64,000 nucleotides of DNA, taken from the NCBI GenBank assembly GCA_002633005.1, contig NMRA01000204.1:275645-339644 (forward strand), in the 5' to 3' direction. Shown in pieces: positions 39,241 to 51,499 of the stretch; the stretch's first letter is position 1; each line of letters begins with the position of its first letter. The position numbers and the translations under genes are program-made. This DNA is from Phoronis australis. Lineage: Eukaryota; Animalia; Phoronida. The notes below the pieces were generated by a model, which was not told the origin of the DNA, made no database searches, and saw nothing but the letters and a program-made list of their open reading frames with translations.

Positions 39241-40474
39241 AAAGCACGCTGTATGATATACGAGACTTGTTCATTTCAAAAGCCCATGCGTGTATAGCAA
39301 GCTGATTTATGTGTGAACAGCTTTAAATAGTACTATGCCATATTGTCCATAACGTTACACAACAATACCAGGACACCATGAGTGCTTCTGTGATCAGGTA
39401 TTCCATCACATGCTCTTTTAATTTCAATTTTGAATTAATAATTTTCAGCACTGAAACACACCGTGACATGTTACTTTACTAAAACTTCACATACTTCTCA
39501 ATGTGTCGTTCTGCGTAGCCAATTAAAGCGTACGATCGTAACATTAACATGATCTCAGCATACAAACATCAAAAACAGGCACAGATCTTAATTTGCTTCC
39601 AGGTTACATCTATTATAATATTAAACTTTTATTTATTAAATAATAGAAACAAATAAAAACGAAAGAGACAATGCAACAAATCAACAGTCACCATGGCAGT
39701 TTTTGTTTGGCGTGATTCCACAGTCAAAATAAAAAACGAATACCACCACCTAAGACAAGAGGCCCTTTGGCTGCCATTGCCAACATCAGTTTACATCGCA
39801 AGTCTAAACAATATGAGCTTCACACTATTAAGCCCCAAATTCCTTAACAAGCACTCAATATTAATCACGCTGCCGCCTACTGACATTAGAGGAGTTCAAA
39901 ATTGAACTTTGCAGCACTTCAACGGCCTCTCCCAGGACATCAAAAAATTAATAAACCAACAGTACCCAGTGAGTCATGTCAATTCATGATTTTCGAAGTC
40001 ACAGCTTTCCAAAACTAAGCTCCAACAAATTTCCTCGACTCCTTTTGACCTTTCCTTGAACCTTTCTGAAAGGCTTGGTGTAACCAAAGAACCCCCACTG
40101 CTAAGTGCTTCCTGCTCAACCTATCGCTAGCCCTCTTACACCAGTTTCATCCTCACCCCTAGCGACACCATCATTAATGCACGTATTTCCAAGGTTAATG
40201 TATGCTCAGGGGACAACTTCATTAAAGTCTTTAGTCTTAAAATTGACTTCTGGCACAGGGCAACAATTATAATGTGTTGCGTGACATATCGACGCTATTA
40301 TCCAAGACCCTTTACCAAACAAAGCCCTGGTATTTTAGGTTCAGTATCAACTCCAAGCAGGCTTAAAGATAGCAATTGTCCTGTACCGGACTTGAAAAAG
40401 CTAAGGAATAGAAGTGATCAGCAACACTCGATCAAATAGACACCACACGATCCTCATAAGACAAACTGTCTCAT

Positions 40475-40570
40475 CTAACCCCTCTTGGTAATCCTCATCC
40501 AGATTTCCTCAGCTGGGTGTGTTACAAGCCCGAAGTGAGGGGTGACCACTTGACCTTCCACCAATTCAAA
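40475..40570 (-). CDS. CYP20A1: CYP20A1 last exon
   Basis: ttgcag|FELVEGQVVTPHFGLVTHPAEEIWMRITKRG*. Confidence 0.93.
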   Translation of the reverse strand, partial: FELVEGQVVTPHFGLVTHPAEEIWMRITKRG

Positions 40571-43500
40571 CTGCAAAAGCAAACGGTATCTCAAGATAAC
40601 ACATTATTCGTTGCCTGAGAATCAATCCAGAAGGTGTTCTAAATTGTTAGTATTGAATCTTCTCACTTAACATCATACTGGTAATCTTCAACATGTTTCT
40701 ACAGGCGTCTGTCTCAGATAGTTTCTGTTCAGAATGGCACACATAATTTTAAAGATATAGAAAAATTTAATCACAAAATTGACTGTTTTTTGCAATATTC
40801 CTCGTGTCTAGCAAAATAGTTTATCTTCACCCTCTGGGAACTTCAAATATGAAGTATATGACTTGTAGAAGGAAAATTACTACCGACGGCATGTGAATGG
40901 AACATCTACACCTTTGTTTGGAACTTTTGATGAGATAGTCGTATTATTGTATTTGCTGTTCTTGTAGATTAAAATAAAGAAGTATGTCACCTGTCGAAAA
41001 AATCTAATCTGTGCTTACCTTGAATTTCCTCAGAACTACGGCAAGAAGCACAGAGACTTCAAGGTATGCAAATCTGTAGCCAGGGCACTTGCGTTTGCCA
41101 GCAAAACCAAATGCTTCAAACTGGTGAGGCTTAATTTTCTTGTTGTCGGCAAACCTTTCAGGGTCAAACCTGCAGCAATGAATTCAAACCATGATATCAC
41201 TTCTCAGAAATTATTTGTAAAAGCTTAACAAACTATGCCATTGTTATTCTATAAATACTGAGAACCGTGAACCTGCACTGTGTACCTCATGAGCAAAACA
41301 ACTGCCACAGTGGTTTCACAATGCACAGATATCAATCTTGCGGGATCTGTTAAGAAAAACAGTTCTTTCTCTATATTAAAGCACTCAAGTCTATATTAAA
41401 GCACTCAAAGCAACTGTATTACGTAAAACATGAGTTCGATGAGTGACTGATTATCAATGGTGAGCAACCAAGACTCTGTAGGCTCATAGGTTTAAACTTA
41501 AAATCCCTAAATTTACATTGCAACTATAAAATCAGGGCCAAAATAATTCACAATAAAAAATTATCACGACTTGTGCACATTTAATTTTCTTGGTTCAGAC
41601 AGATTATGATAAAAGAGGTGATTTCAGACTTCAAAAGTAAGCCTACGGGTCCAAATATATAGTACATGCCGAATGTAATACGGTATAATGCTATTTCCCT
41701 ACCATGACAACTTTTTCTAGCTATTATGTTGGTGAATTCTGCTTGCACTCAACCATCATGACAGAGAACTCTGCCTGCGCTCAGCCGTCATGATAGGACT
41801 CCCTTGTCACTTTTGTCTGATTATTTTGGTGAGTAGTGTTGAACAATTTCCAGATGGATGTACAAGGCTCTCACGAATTCTTAGTAAATTTAGAGGAACT
41901 TTGAACAGCGTACAGTATGAGTGGTCCACATTACCTCAAAGGTATATTCTCAAAGGTAATGAGAAGTTCAGCAAACAGGCACCCAAATATAGGCCCATGG
42001 GCCTACTTTCGGAGGCACAACTACAAATTGCTGTAGTTTGCAGGCTTCCAAAAATAAACAGTGTTGACCAAAACAAGGCATTATGAGAAACAAGGAAATA
42101 CTTGCACATTTTTCCCAAAGTACACCTGGGCCAATATTTGGGGTATATTTGCTATTTTTCAATTACATGCCTTCGGGCTTACCACAAATTCACAGTACTA
42201 CAAAAGCAACGCGGAGCGTTGAAATGCACCCATGCATGCACTGCAGATGGTGTGCTTCTAGGGTTGTTTATTTGTATCATAAAAATGGCCAATAGATGGC
42301 GCAAAAACCTCAACTCCATCCGAAAACGGGAACATGCCATCGCTTCTTTAATAGAACGCTATTTACCAAATTTCATAAAAATCTGTCAAGGAACTTCAGA
42401 GAAACAAAGAAAAAAAATGAAATTGCCACTAGGGGGCACACCACTACATGTAATTGAATTAGGCATAACACCACAATCCAGGCAGAAATTGCCTATTAAC
42501 TCAAAGCAACTCTTTTGAGAGAAGAAAACTTAGCTATGTTTCCACAATGAAGTCATGATTTTAAGAGCAACTAAGTTAAATGCACATTTGATGATCTCGT
42601 TCCCAGTTTTATGATCACAGAGATTACTAAAGTTAGAAAAAGTTTTGGGGTATACTTTTATAGAGAACAATGGATACATTACGTGTTAGGAGAGTCCCAC
42701 AATCTTTCATCCTGCAGCACCACACCCAGAGCCTGGATGACTGGGGTACCCTTGGGGATTACATGTCCGCCCAGTTTCGTGTCATAGTCCGGCTGATACC
42801 TGGCTGCCCAGGGTGCGACCACTGCACACCTCAACGTCTCGTCAATCACTTGTCGAAGGTATCTACAGGAATGGAACAGCACACCTGACTTTCATAACCA
42901 TCCGTATATATTCTATTTTCAGTGGTGTCATCTAACCTTTGTGCACAAAACACAATTAAAAAGTGTACCCACGATCAATACCCGCACAATTTTTGTGGAA
43001 TAAACACTACTTAATGGTCTTGCCCGTTTTAATGCACTCCGTTCAAGTGCCCGACTCAAAGAGCCTGACCAACGCGTGTGCCATCATGTTTACTGAACTA
43101 CAAGTTCACAAAATCTTGCATTTTTGAACAAGGGTTGTAACACGTCGAAGTAACAAAGGAAGCAGACAATCATGAATTTGAAACAGAAATGTGCGTTATA
43201 TAGAACTGAAAATAATTGAACTTAACTTAATTAAGTTACAACTCGTCAGTCAGGATATCACAACAACATCTAGAGTTGTTCTTTTGGATACGTTGTGGTG
43301 TAGGGTGACGATCGTGGGTTCACACTTTCGTGAAGCAAGGGAGCTGTCTTTTATCACTTGTAAAATTTCAGTCTCTGGATTGATTTTCTCTTAGGAGAAA
43401 CCATTCAAATCCCCCCAGGAACGTATGTTTTATTACAATGTGTTAGCTTATGCCAAAAAAACGCAGAACTTACAAGCTGTGGCAGTACAAAATAATGAGA

Positions 43501-46500
43501 AATGGTGTCAGAAATGGGTAAACTAACGCTAACATTTATTTGTTAGCTCTAGTTACATCGTACGTACTGGGTAGTAACCGACCCCAAATGAATGCAGTGT
43601 AAATTATTGTCAGTAGCACTGGTAATGCTATTGGTTCAAGGAGCCACGAAGACTGTTGGAGGTGTAACCTAACCATATCACAGTTGTATTTCATTCTGTT
43701 TAGCTGGCTCCAAAATGATAATCAAATTAGGTATTTTCCTCTCATGAAACCTGTCTCGTAACATTCCTTACTGTGACAGGGTTCTTTTTGCATTACCACC
43801 AAGAAAATCGAAACCACCAGCAACTCAAGACAACACTTTTAACTTCTTAAAATAGATTGTTGGAAGTGGCCAACACTAAAGTAGCCAATTCGAAAACAGC
43901 GCATGCGTAGATTTTCAGTGACTTGATTTTTAACAGAAATGTAATCCTAACATGGGAATATTATGTGAATGACTTCACTTCAAAAGAAAAAATGCCTAAT
44001 TCAGGCAAAATGCAGCTCTACAGAATGAATTTGTGAATGCTCCTGAAACTGACCTTAAAGAAAAATGAATGTTACTCCCTCCCCACCTCCCCACCTACTT
44101 TATACCAATGACTTCATCAGCTGTGAAATCGTCTGTTGTCCCAAGATCATCCAGCAGACACTTGCACAGTTTTTCATCCACTTCAGGATGTGATGCAAGA
44201 AAGTACAAACACCATGTCAAGACTGAAATTAACAAGTGCAGCCATGTTAGTTAGTTTGTAAACAACAAAACTCAGTTTACTTGAACTGGGAAATTGGCCA
44301 GATACTTGCGCAAAAATTCAATTATGCAATTACATGATGGTGATCTGTTGTAGTCGAATTCGTGTACAAATGAGTGGAACAGTGAGAGCCAGTGTGTGAT
44401 TAAAACAGTGAGGTAAGTAAAGTAAGTAATACGCAAAAGTCAGTTATATAACACCAGGTAGACATTACCAACCTTAGACATTACCGGGATGGTAATGTAA
44501 GTAAAGAGCTGTGTTGTAAGCTTTTGGAAACAATGTAAGGGACATGCTTTCCAGACCAAATACATATTAAGCACTTACGGTTGCCTGATGTGTGTATGCT
44601 GCCAGTCAGCATAACGATACAATCACTCAATCTCTGATCTTCAGAACAGTCGTATTCAATTAAAGTGTCAATAAAAAACCGCTGATCAGGGGAAGATGGC
44701 GGCTCATCTCGACGTTTCTTCAAGATTTCTAGCACTTTTTCCTTCAGGAATTTCTCGGCTAAAGAAAGAGTTGAGCATTGATATGCAATGTTTAATAACT
44801 AAGCTTGTATATATGTTCGTTATAGTACTTTGGGCCTCTGGCCTCGAATGCAATAAAGTGTGGTATGGTAACTCTCATCGAGAAAACTTCAATCTGTCAT
44901 TTCNTAGTCACCTTGATGTAACCCGGGTTCTAAACAGTCTTTTGTTCAGCACCACACACAGGCCAATTATCTACTAAACTTCAAAGAGTTACTTTTTAAT
45001 TCATTGCTTCATACAAAAAGGAACTTAATCCATTGATAACATACAAGGTACCGTGTACTACCATCATGATGACACTCCCATGTATACCATAAAAAAGTTT
45101 TTATTTATTAAATAATTCAGTCTGTAAATCCAATTTGTAAATATTGTTTAATTTAATGTATCTTAATTTAATCTGTTTATCTATCTTAATTTATTTAATT
45201 TAAGTTTTGCTGCAGGGAACCCTGCTGGATATTAGCCTTTGGCTAAAGCATGTTTTTTATCTATTGTATTTTATCCTCTATAAATAAAGTTTATCATCAT
45301 CACCATCACCATCACCATCACCATCACCATCACCATCACCATCACCATCACCATCATCATTATTATTGGCTGTTTTCTTAAGGCTAGTAGGGCTTGTTGG
45401 AAAATTAGCAGGTGCCATAAAAAAATTCTGAAAGAATATCTTCCAAAGATCTGACTCAACATTTATGTCTTTCTGATTACACTTACTAGTTTACTTTGTA
45501 AACAAAAACCGATTTAATGCACTACCTTTATGGTACCTCTTCTCCCTTTGGGATCCCTCCTCTGGGTCTCCTGCTGTGAGCCGTAGTTCAAGATCCTCCC
45601 ACACCTGACACAATAACTTGTGTTAAAAGCAATACAAGTACAATCTCACACAGCACCACCACCGAGACGAGTGGCGCTGTACAAAGATTTAAAAGATAAG
45701 AAATAAGCGAGTGAGCCACACTGCAAATACCCTAGTATGGATTTCTGTCATTCACACATGGTCTCGCAACGAGCCGAAAAGCATAACGTTTTGAGTGGTG
45801 AAGAAAATGAGTCCACTCCTTTGCACAACTGATACTTTCAAGTCCAGGTAAGTGGGTAATATTCAGTAATTTTATATCTTTAATAGCATACTAGTCGTTA
45901 ACACATTTGCGTCAAATTTCTAGTTAATGTTTTATGTGTACGCATTGATTTTTCTTATACCATCTTAAGTAAATTTTTTATATTTTCTTTCTTATAAGGA
46001 CCCTATGGAAGACCAATTATATAATTAAACTGGGTTTATCCTGAATAAAAATATCTTCTACTACTACAAACAGTGAAAGGGTCAGCTCAATAAAAATCCT
46101 AGCTACATAGCAACACCACTGCACCTTACTCAAGAGAGTTCCTGCTTGACTCACCGTGTCGTACGCATTCTTGAAGGCAACAATCTCTTTGAAATCTCTG
46201 AATACATCCCCAAAGAACGAAAGACAGGCAGCCTTGATGACAAATGCAAACATATACTGGCCCAAAGGAATGTGCTCCTCTTTTGCAAGACCAGACAGCT
46301 TGGTTTCACACTCAGCAGTAACCTAACGAGATATTTTTGTACTAAATATAAATCCCTTTGCCTTCACATTACCTGATAACACTGTAACTGTGGTTTAGAT
46401 AAAATACTACAAGCTTGACTGCAGGGCTCCCAATCCCTCAATTTTGAGGCCAAATATCGGCTCCATTCCCATTTGAAAAATATTGAAAAATTATGCGAAA

Positions 46501-49500
46501 TTCCCCTCACGATGCAGCAAAATTTCCCTCAAGAGATTGAAAAATTCTCCTCGAGGTTCGAATCACTTGTAACTCACACGGGTGACAATTTGAATGAGTA
46601 CAAAATGTTACAAGTAGTGCGTATGAGGGCTTGCAACGGGGTGGAGTTGCTATTGTCTGATAAGGAGGTAGAATTTTCCCCTAACCCCGAAATATTCCCC
46701 TCTCAGACGTCAAAGGCACCTTTCCCCACATACAAACGAGGGCCTTGGACTGTCACAGCAGCACAGAATCAGTCATTCAGACAAGTTGACTTTGTCAATA
46801 AAAAATAGTCGACTTTGTTAGTTAAACATACCACGATCAATATTAAAGTTGTACATACAAAACAGTAATTTTTTACTCGACCACAGAAAATGTTAACACA
46901 GACCCATGCACGTATGTGAATCAATATGTAAACTCTACCTCATCAAATATTCAAGATAGTGGACGAAACCATGGACTCAAGTATGGGATTTGAGTGCTTT
47001 AACAAATTCTTCAGGAACACAACATGAAACTACCACAGTTTTGCATAGGATATTCAAATGACTTGTGAAAAAAGTCCAATGTCACGAATGCGAATGAGAG
47101 AAATTGCGTTGTCTCAGTCAACTGTCTTACTAGTCAAAATTTGAACCTAAGCAAACCCTGAAGTCGCTTTCACAATCCCACGACACTAAAGAGATACAGG
47201 TTCTCTACTGTAATTATCTACAGCTCGACAAATACCTCCTTCAAAACTGGCATCAGGTTGACACAGCTAGCGTGGGAGAAACTTTTATCATAAGCCTTTC
47301 GACGAGCCCTGCCATCACTTCCATTGGCATACTGTATGCACTTCTTTCCAATATATTCCTCAAACATTTTAAATAGTAGAGCTAGAAACAAAATGAGAGA
47401 ATCAGAGAATTTGAGAAATTTACAGGGAGACTATCTTGTACAGCCGAGGTATCTGACAGAGCATTTGATAAACTCTAAGTAAACAATGGCAATAATGAAG
47501 ACCACTTGCTATACCAACTAGGTATCAGAAAAGTTCACTCCATGGGAACACTGAATCCTTTTGTCTCATCATATCACTCATTGAATCAGGACAACAGAGG
47601 CCAGGTGGCCTTTATCCATTCCAGGACAGGGTGTCTTAAAGTATATGCAACTTATGTCACTGCAAATAATTCTGCCATTATTTCTGCTGATGTAGATATT
47701 TTTTTCAAATTTGATGAGGATAACAGTAATCTTTAGCCTTTAGTCAAAAAGTTGTGGGATTTTTGTACTTGTTAAGAAACAAATATTCAAAACCATTCAA
47801 GTGAATTTTTGTAAGAGCTTCAATCATTATCCCAGAAAAGACAATTTTATTTCTGGGTAGACAGTCAAGTTTCAAGCCAGTAGAACAATAAACAACCTCA
47901 ATAAGAAGTGAGAAATACCAACAAAATCAAGGTTCAAGCATCTAAAAAGAACGTAAAGTTGTACGAAGGTTGATTTGGCAAAACATGAGACGTAGCGTTG
48001 TTAAAAAACTAGATCACAGAGGATCTCGACTTTCATGACATCGATGTTTTGTTCAGTGACCATTCGCTCTCAGGACATGTCAGAAGCAAGAAAGGTGAAG
48101 TGACAAGCATCAAGAAGATTTGTGCCATCGGAAAGGGTGTGTGACTGATTGAAAACTTTGGTTGTTGTTGGAGTGTAATAACAGTTGTTTGAAATCTGTG
48201 CTCTGATTGAGACTTCAAATGTTTATGGTTGTAATAAGACTAGCTTCTACAAAATATTAACCTTTGGGAACTGCTTTTTACGAGTAACAATTTGTTGAAG
48301 GTTATGTCAGTTTGAGAATGCAAGGGCCAGTATACTTATATACTGGAGGGTGAAGCATAACACCAGAGTTGAACACTGAGTAAGTGAGGCTATACAACTC
48401 CAGGGTGAATCTTGGTTTTGAGTATTACATTAATTTCTATGGAAATTCATTAAAAAATATCCTAGCACCACCAAGTTGCAGCAAGGGATCTGAACATAGG
48501 TGAATAACCACACTCATTGAGGTAGAATTCTAACAAATGCGACATTACAAAACAAGCACTTACGAGGCCTATCAAAAAGCGTTGCCTGCTCTGCAAACAG
48601 CTCAGGAGAAGCGATGCTAACTACAAACTCAGTTCCCCACCAAAATCCAGCAATGTCACCATACTCCTCATGCAAGTCCACCAAGTACTCGTGCAAGCTG
48701 CCAGCCTTGCCTATGTCAGGGAAATTGCCTTCACTGAAAAACGTAACTTCCATGCAATGTCATCACAAGTTGGTAAAGAGACATCATATAGACATCACAA
48801 ATAACACAAGGAAATGGGACACTGAAAACGTGAGTTGGCTATTTTACGTCCCGATTACGAGGACTTCCAGGTACCCGCTGACAAATTATAAAATAGCAGT
48901 CATAATTGACACTAACAGCAGATTTTTCAGTGGCCAGACCTAACTTCTGGAAGCTTATGAGAATCTATTGAGACATGATTTCAGAAGTAGGTACACTGGG
49001 TCTTTAACTTGTTGTCACATTAATTAGTAATTATCGTCAAAAACTTTTATAGTTTACAAACTTTTAAGCCAACCACAGATTGATTTAGGGCACATTTTCA
49101 TCGCTTCCTTTTAAAAGATAAGTAAACAAGCATTAAATGATAAGTAAACTGATTCACAAGACATACTTAGCATCAGACGGATCAGGACCAGGAACAGTAG
49201 ATGTCTTGGCTCTAGAACCCTGCAACGAATAGAAAACCCATGTTAAAGGATATGATCATGAGTGTTTACTGTATGACATTAATGTTATCACATTTTTCAG
49301 AATTATGTTTCCTTAAACTCTTTCACCAAAATTAAGGTTATCTACAGCTACACGGTTGTCCATTATTGCTATTGTTAAAATCCTGATCAAACTGAAGCCT
49401 TAAAAAACACACCCAAAAATGAAGGCAAGTAACCATTGCAGTGTCCCAAGTATGTTTTGACTACACCATGATGGCAACACTCATTGCATTGACGACCCGA

Positions 49501-51499
49501 TTATGACTCATCGCACCAATCAGTATGGGTTCCTCATGGGTGAAGTTGTTAAAAATTTGATTTCTATTGTTTTACACAAAGTTGGAAGTACCGTTACACC
49601 TCAGTACTGTGGGTCTCTCCCAAAGGGGTGAGTCACAATAATGTAATAGAATGTATGTGCAATTCTTAGCTCTGGTAATAATGAACAGTTACACTGAGCT
49701 TCACATTTTTCATCAAAACATGAAAATCTGCAGGGCAAGTTGCTCTCACAAGCGATTTATCAAGGCCAAGATATGTCCGCAAAAACACATTTTCTCAAGT
49801 ATAAAATGTGTTCTTGAGAAAATGCATTATCTACAGAAATGACAAGAGTTGTGCATGCTAGCTGGCCATGGTGTGTGCACATACCACGTAATTTGCATCA
49901 TGTAGCCATTGACAGTGTTTGATCTACCTATTTCAACAGCCCAAAGCAAGTGGTCAGCCGTTGCTTGCGGAGTGGCTATGTATAGCCCCAAGTTTCACCA
50001 GGTTGGGGTTAACGTACACGAGATCTTCTGCAGTAAACCTCCTAACACGTTCTATTGTGGAAGAGTTAGTCATTAAGAGCAGGATTTTCCTGACTTTGCA
50101 AGACTTGAAAGATGTAAATGTCAATGGTATTAAAAGCGATATCTTAACAACACAAAGATTTGATAGGAGCAGTTTCCCCGAGGGCATGAAGACCTAAGTA
50201 TGAGACCGTTTGGGGATGGAAGACATCTAGAGGGAAAAATTGTTGCTCAATGGTATTAGATGAAGAGGAGTAACTCTTCTCTCAAGCAGTGGGTTGGAGA
50301 AATGAGCAGATGGACTTTTCTAGATGACAAATTCATGTCCATAAGAAAAATGTTTCTAGTGAACAAAACTGGTCTTCCACCAAACCTGTGTTCTTGCAGA
50401 ATACTTTTGGTGCACTCCTTTCCCCTCTGAACAAATCTTCATGTTTTGATGAAAAATGTGACTACAAAACAGTTCATCATTTTTAGACTACAAACAGCAT
50501 ACCCCACATACTATTGTACTACCTCTCAAAAGAGACCCATGTAGGTGCACTATAACTATAAGCAAGTACAAACAATTTAACAATCATCGTCACCAAGTGT
50601 CACCAAGTTCATTTTAGCAATTTCAACACTCAAATTGTATTAATTTGAAGAAAAATTTAACCTGCAAGAAAATACACATCAAACCTCTTTTGATGTCAAT
50701 GAATATTAGATTGCAACAACTTTGGGTCGTGACAAGCATGGGTCAGTTTAAAACTAGAGTCCTCAAGATTCCAAAAATGTCAAGCAAGACATAAAAAGAA
50801 TGGATAACACAAAGATCAAAACAAGGTGATAAACTGTGCCCCAATATTTTTTAATGACTGCAATTTTATTGCCTGTGAAACTCACTCCTGAATAAAAGAG
50901 AGTACATGGCTGCTATGGAAGATATATGACCTGTGATTTGTCACAAGAACCAAAGTTTTATTTTCTTGTTTTTTTCACCTTTAACCTTTAAGAAGTATAC
51001 ATTTAACAAGTATAGTAGTCCCTAGGTAACGCATAAAACTAGAAAATTAAAGAAAAACAATGCTTTTGCTTTTCTTTTGGTTGGAACTGTTCCAATACTG
51101 GGAACTTTTCGTTTTGTCATGGGAAAGGCTCCAGAAGTTTTTCAAGGAAACTTGGTATTAACAAGCCTATAAGCTTAATTGGCAGTCTCAAAGTTGTTGA
51201 CAAAGAACTATAAACTTAATTACTCAATTCAAGAAATGCTTTCTTAACTCAAGAAAGTTGAGCAAAATGACCCGCCACTGTCATGACCTGTGATAGTCTT
51301 ACAGTCACGTAGACAATGCTACTGTCTGAACTGGGTCAGCCCAGCTGGAACAAACAGCCACACTGTGACTCACAGTGTGTGTCTATGAGTGTGCACATTA
51401 CAATTGAACATGTCACTGTGCGTTTACCGGATAAAGATAAATAACAGCGGCTATCAGCGAAACCACAAACACCACTGCAAAAATGGCAAAATCCAGCAT
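40475..51499 (-). CDS. CYP20A1: Cytochrome P450 20A1, whole gene: complement join(51499-51428,49219-49167,48733-48564,47381-47236,46322-46155,45604-45526,44758-44579,44222-44099,42862-42683,41169-41019,40570-40475), 472 aa
   Basis: N-terminus MLDFAIFAVVFVVSLIAAVIYLYP closely matches vertebrate CYP20A1 (MLDFAIFAV..LYP). Also GNFPDIGKAGSLHEYLVDLHEEYG, K-helix ETLR, FDPERF, heme motif FGFAGKRKCPG and C-terminal FGLVTHPAEEIW. All introns are GT-AG and the lengths sum to 1419 nt. Confidence 0.95.
41019..41169 (-). CDS. CYP20A1: CYP20A1 exon 10 (PERF, heme Cys)
   Basis: ctgcag|FDPERF...FEAFGFAGKRKCPGYRFAYLE...KFK|gtaag. Confidence 0.95.
42683..42862 (-). CDS. CYP20A1: CYP20A1 exon 9 (K-helix ExxR)
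   Basis: ctgtag|YLRQVIDETLRCAVVAPWAARYQ...IPKGTPVIQALGVVL...|gtaat. Confidence 0.95.
44099..44222 (-). CDS. CYP20A1: CYP20A1 exon 8
   Basis: tttcag|LTWCLYFLASHPEVDEKL...|gtagg. Confidence 0.92.
44579..44758 (-). CDS. CYP20A1: CYP20A1 exon 7 (I-helix)
   Basis: ctttag|EKFLKEKVLEILKKRR...FFIDTLI...SDCIVMLTGSIHTSGN|gtaag. Confidence 0.92.
45210..45360 (+). mobile_element. Probable 3' tail of a CR1/L2-type retroelement ending in a (CATCAC)n/(CAT)n microsatellite
   Basis: ttagcc-ttt-ggctaa hairpin, then AATAAA at 45283, immediately followed by the microsatellite at 45293-45360; lies in CYP20A1 intron 6. Confidence 0.45.
45293..45360. repeat. (CATCAC)n microsatellite
   Basis: Directly visible hexamer repeat. 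Confidence 0.95.
45526..45604 (-). CDS. CYP20A1: CYP20A1 exon 6
   Basis: gtcag|VWEDLELRLTAGDPEEGSQREKRYHK|gtagt. Confidence 0.9.
46155..46322 (-). CDS. CYP20A1: CYP20A1 exon 5
   Basis: gttag|VTAECE...EEHIPLGQYMFAFVIKA...FKNAYDT|gtgag. Confidence 0.92.
47236..47381 (-). CDS. CYP20A1: CYP20A1 exon 4
   Basis: ttctag|LLFKMFEEYIGKKCIQYANGSDGRARRKAYDKSFSH...KE|gtatt. Confidence 0.92.
48564..48733 (-). CDS. CYP20A1: CYP20A1 exon 3
   Basis: ttttcag|EGNFPDIGKAGSLHEYL...LFDRP|gtaag. Confidence 0.93.
49167..49219 (-). CDS. CYP20A1: CYP20A1 exon 2
   Basis: ttgcag|GSRAKTSTVPGPDPSDA|gtatg. Confidence 0.88.
51428..51499 (-). CDS. CYP20A1: CYP20A1 exon 1 (membrane anchor)
   Basis: MLDFAIFAVVFVVSLIAAVIYLYP|gtaaa. 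Confidence 0.93.

Noticed and set aside
41790-42518. Cluster of plus-strand ORFs up to 138 aa in CYP20A1 intron 9
   Set aside because: No homology recognisable by eye; composition resembles noncoding or TE-derived DNA.
45271-45462. Minus-strand ORF with an (MV)n run
   Set aside because: It is the translation of the (CATCAC)n microsatellite inside a CYP20A1 intron.
46555-46566. B-box-like GGTTCGAATC suggesting a tRNA or SINE
   Set aside because: No A-box or cloverleaf around it; it lies in a degenerate MITE-like stretch.
49919-50420. Overlapping ORFs on both strands in CYP20A1 intron 1 with coding-like composition
   Set aside because: No recognisable domain or convincing splice sites; possibly a decayed retroelement, which would need blastx to establish.
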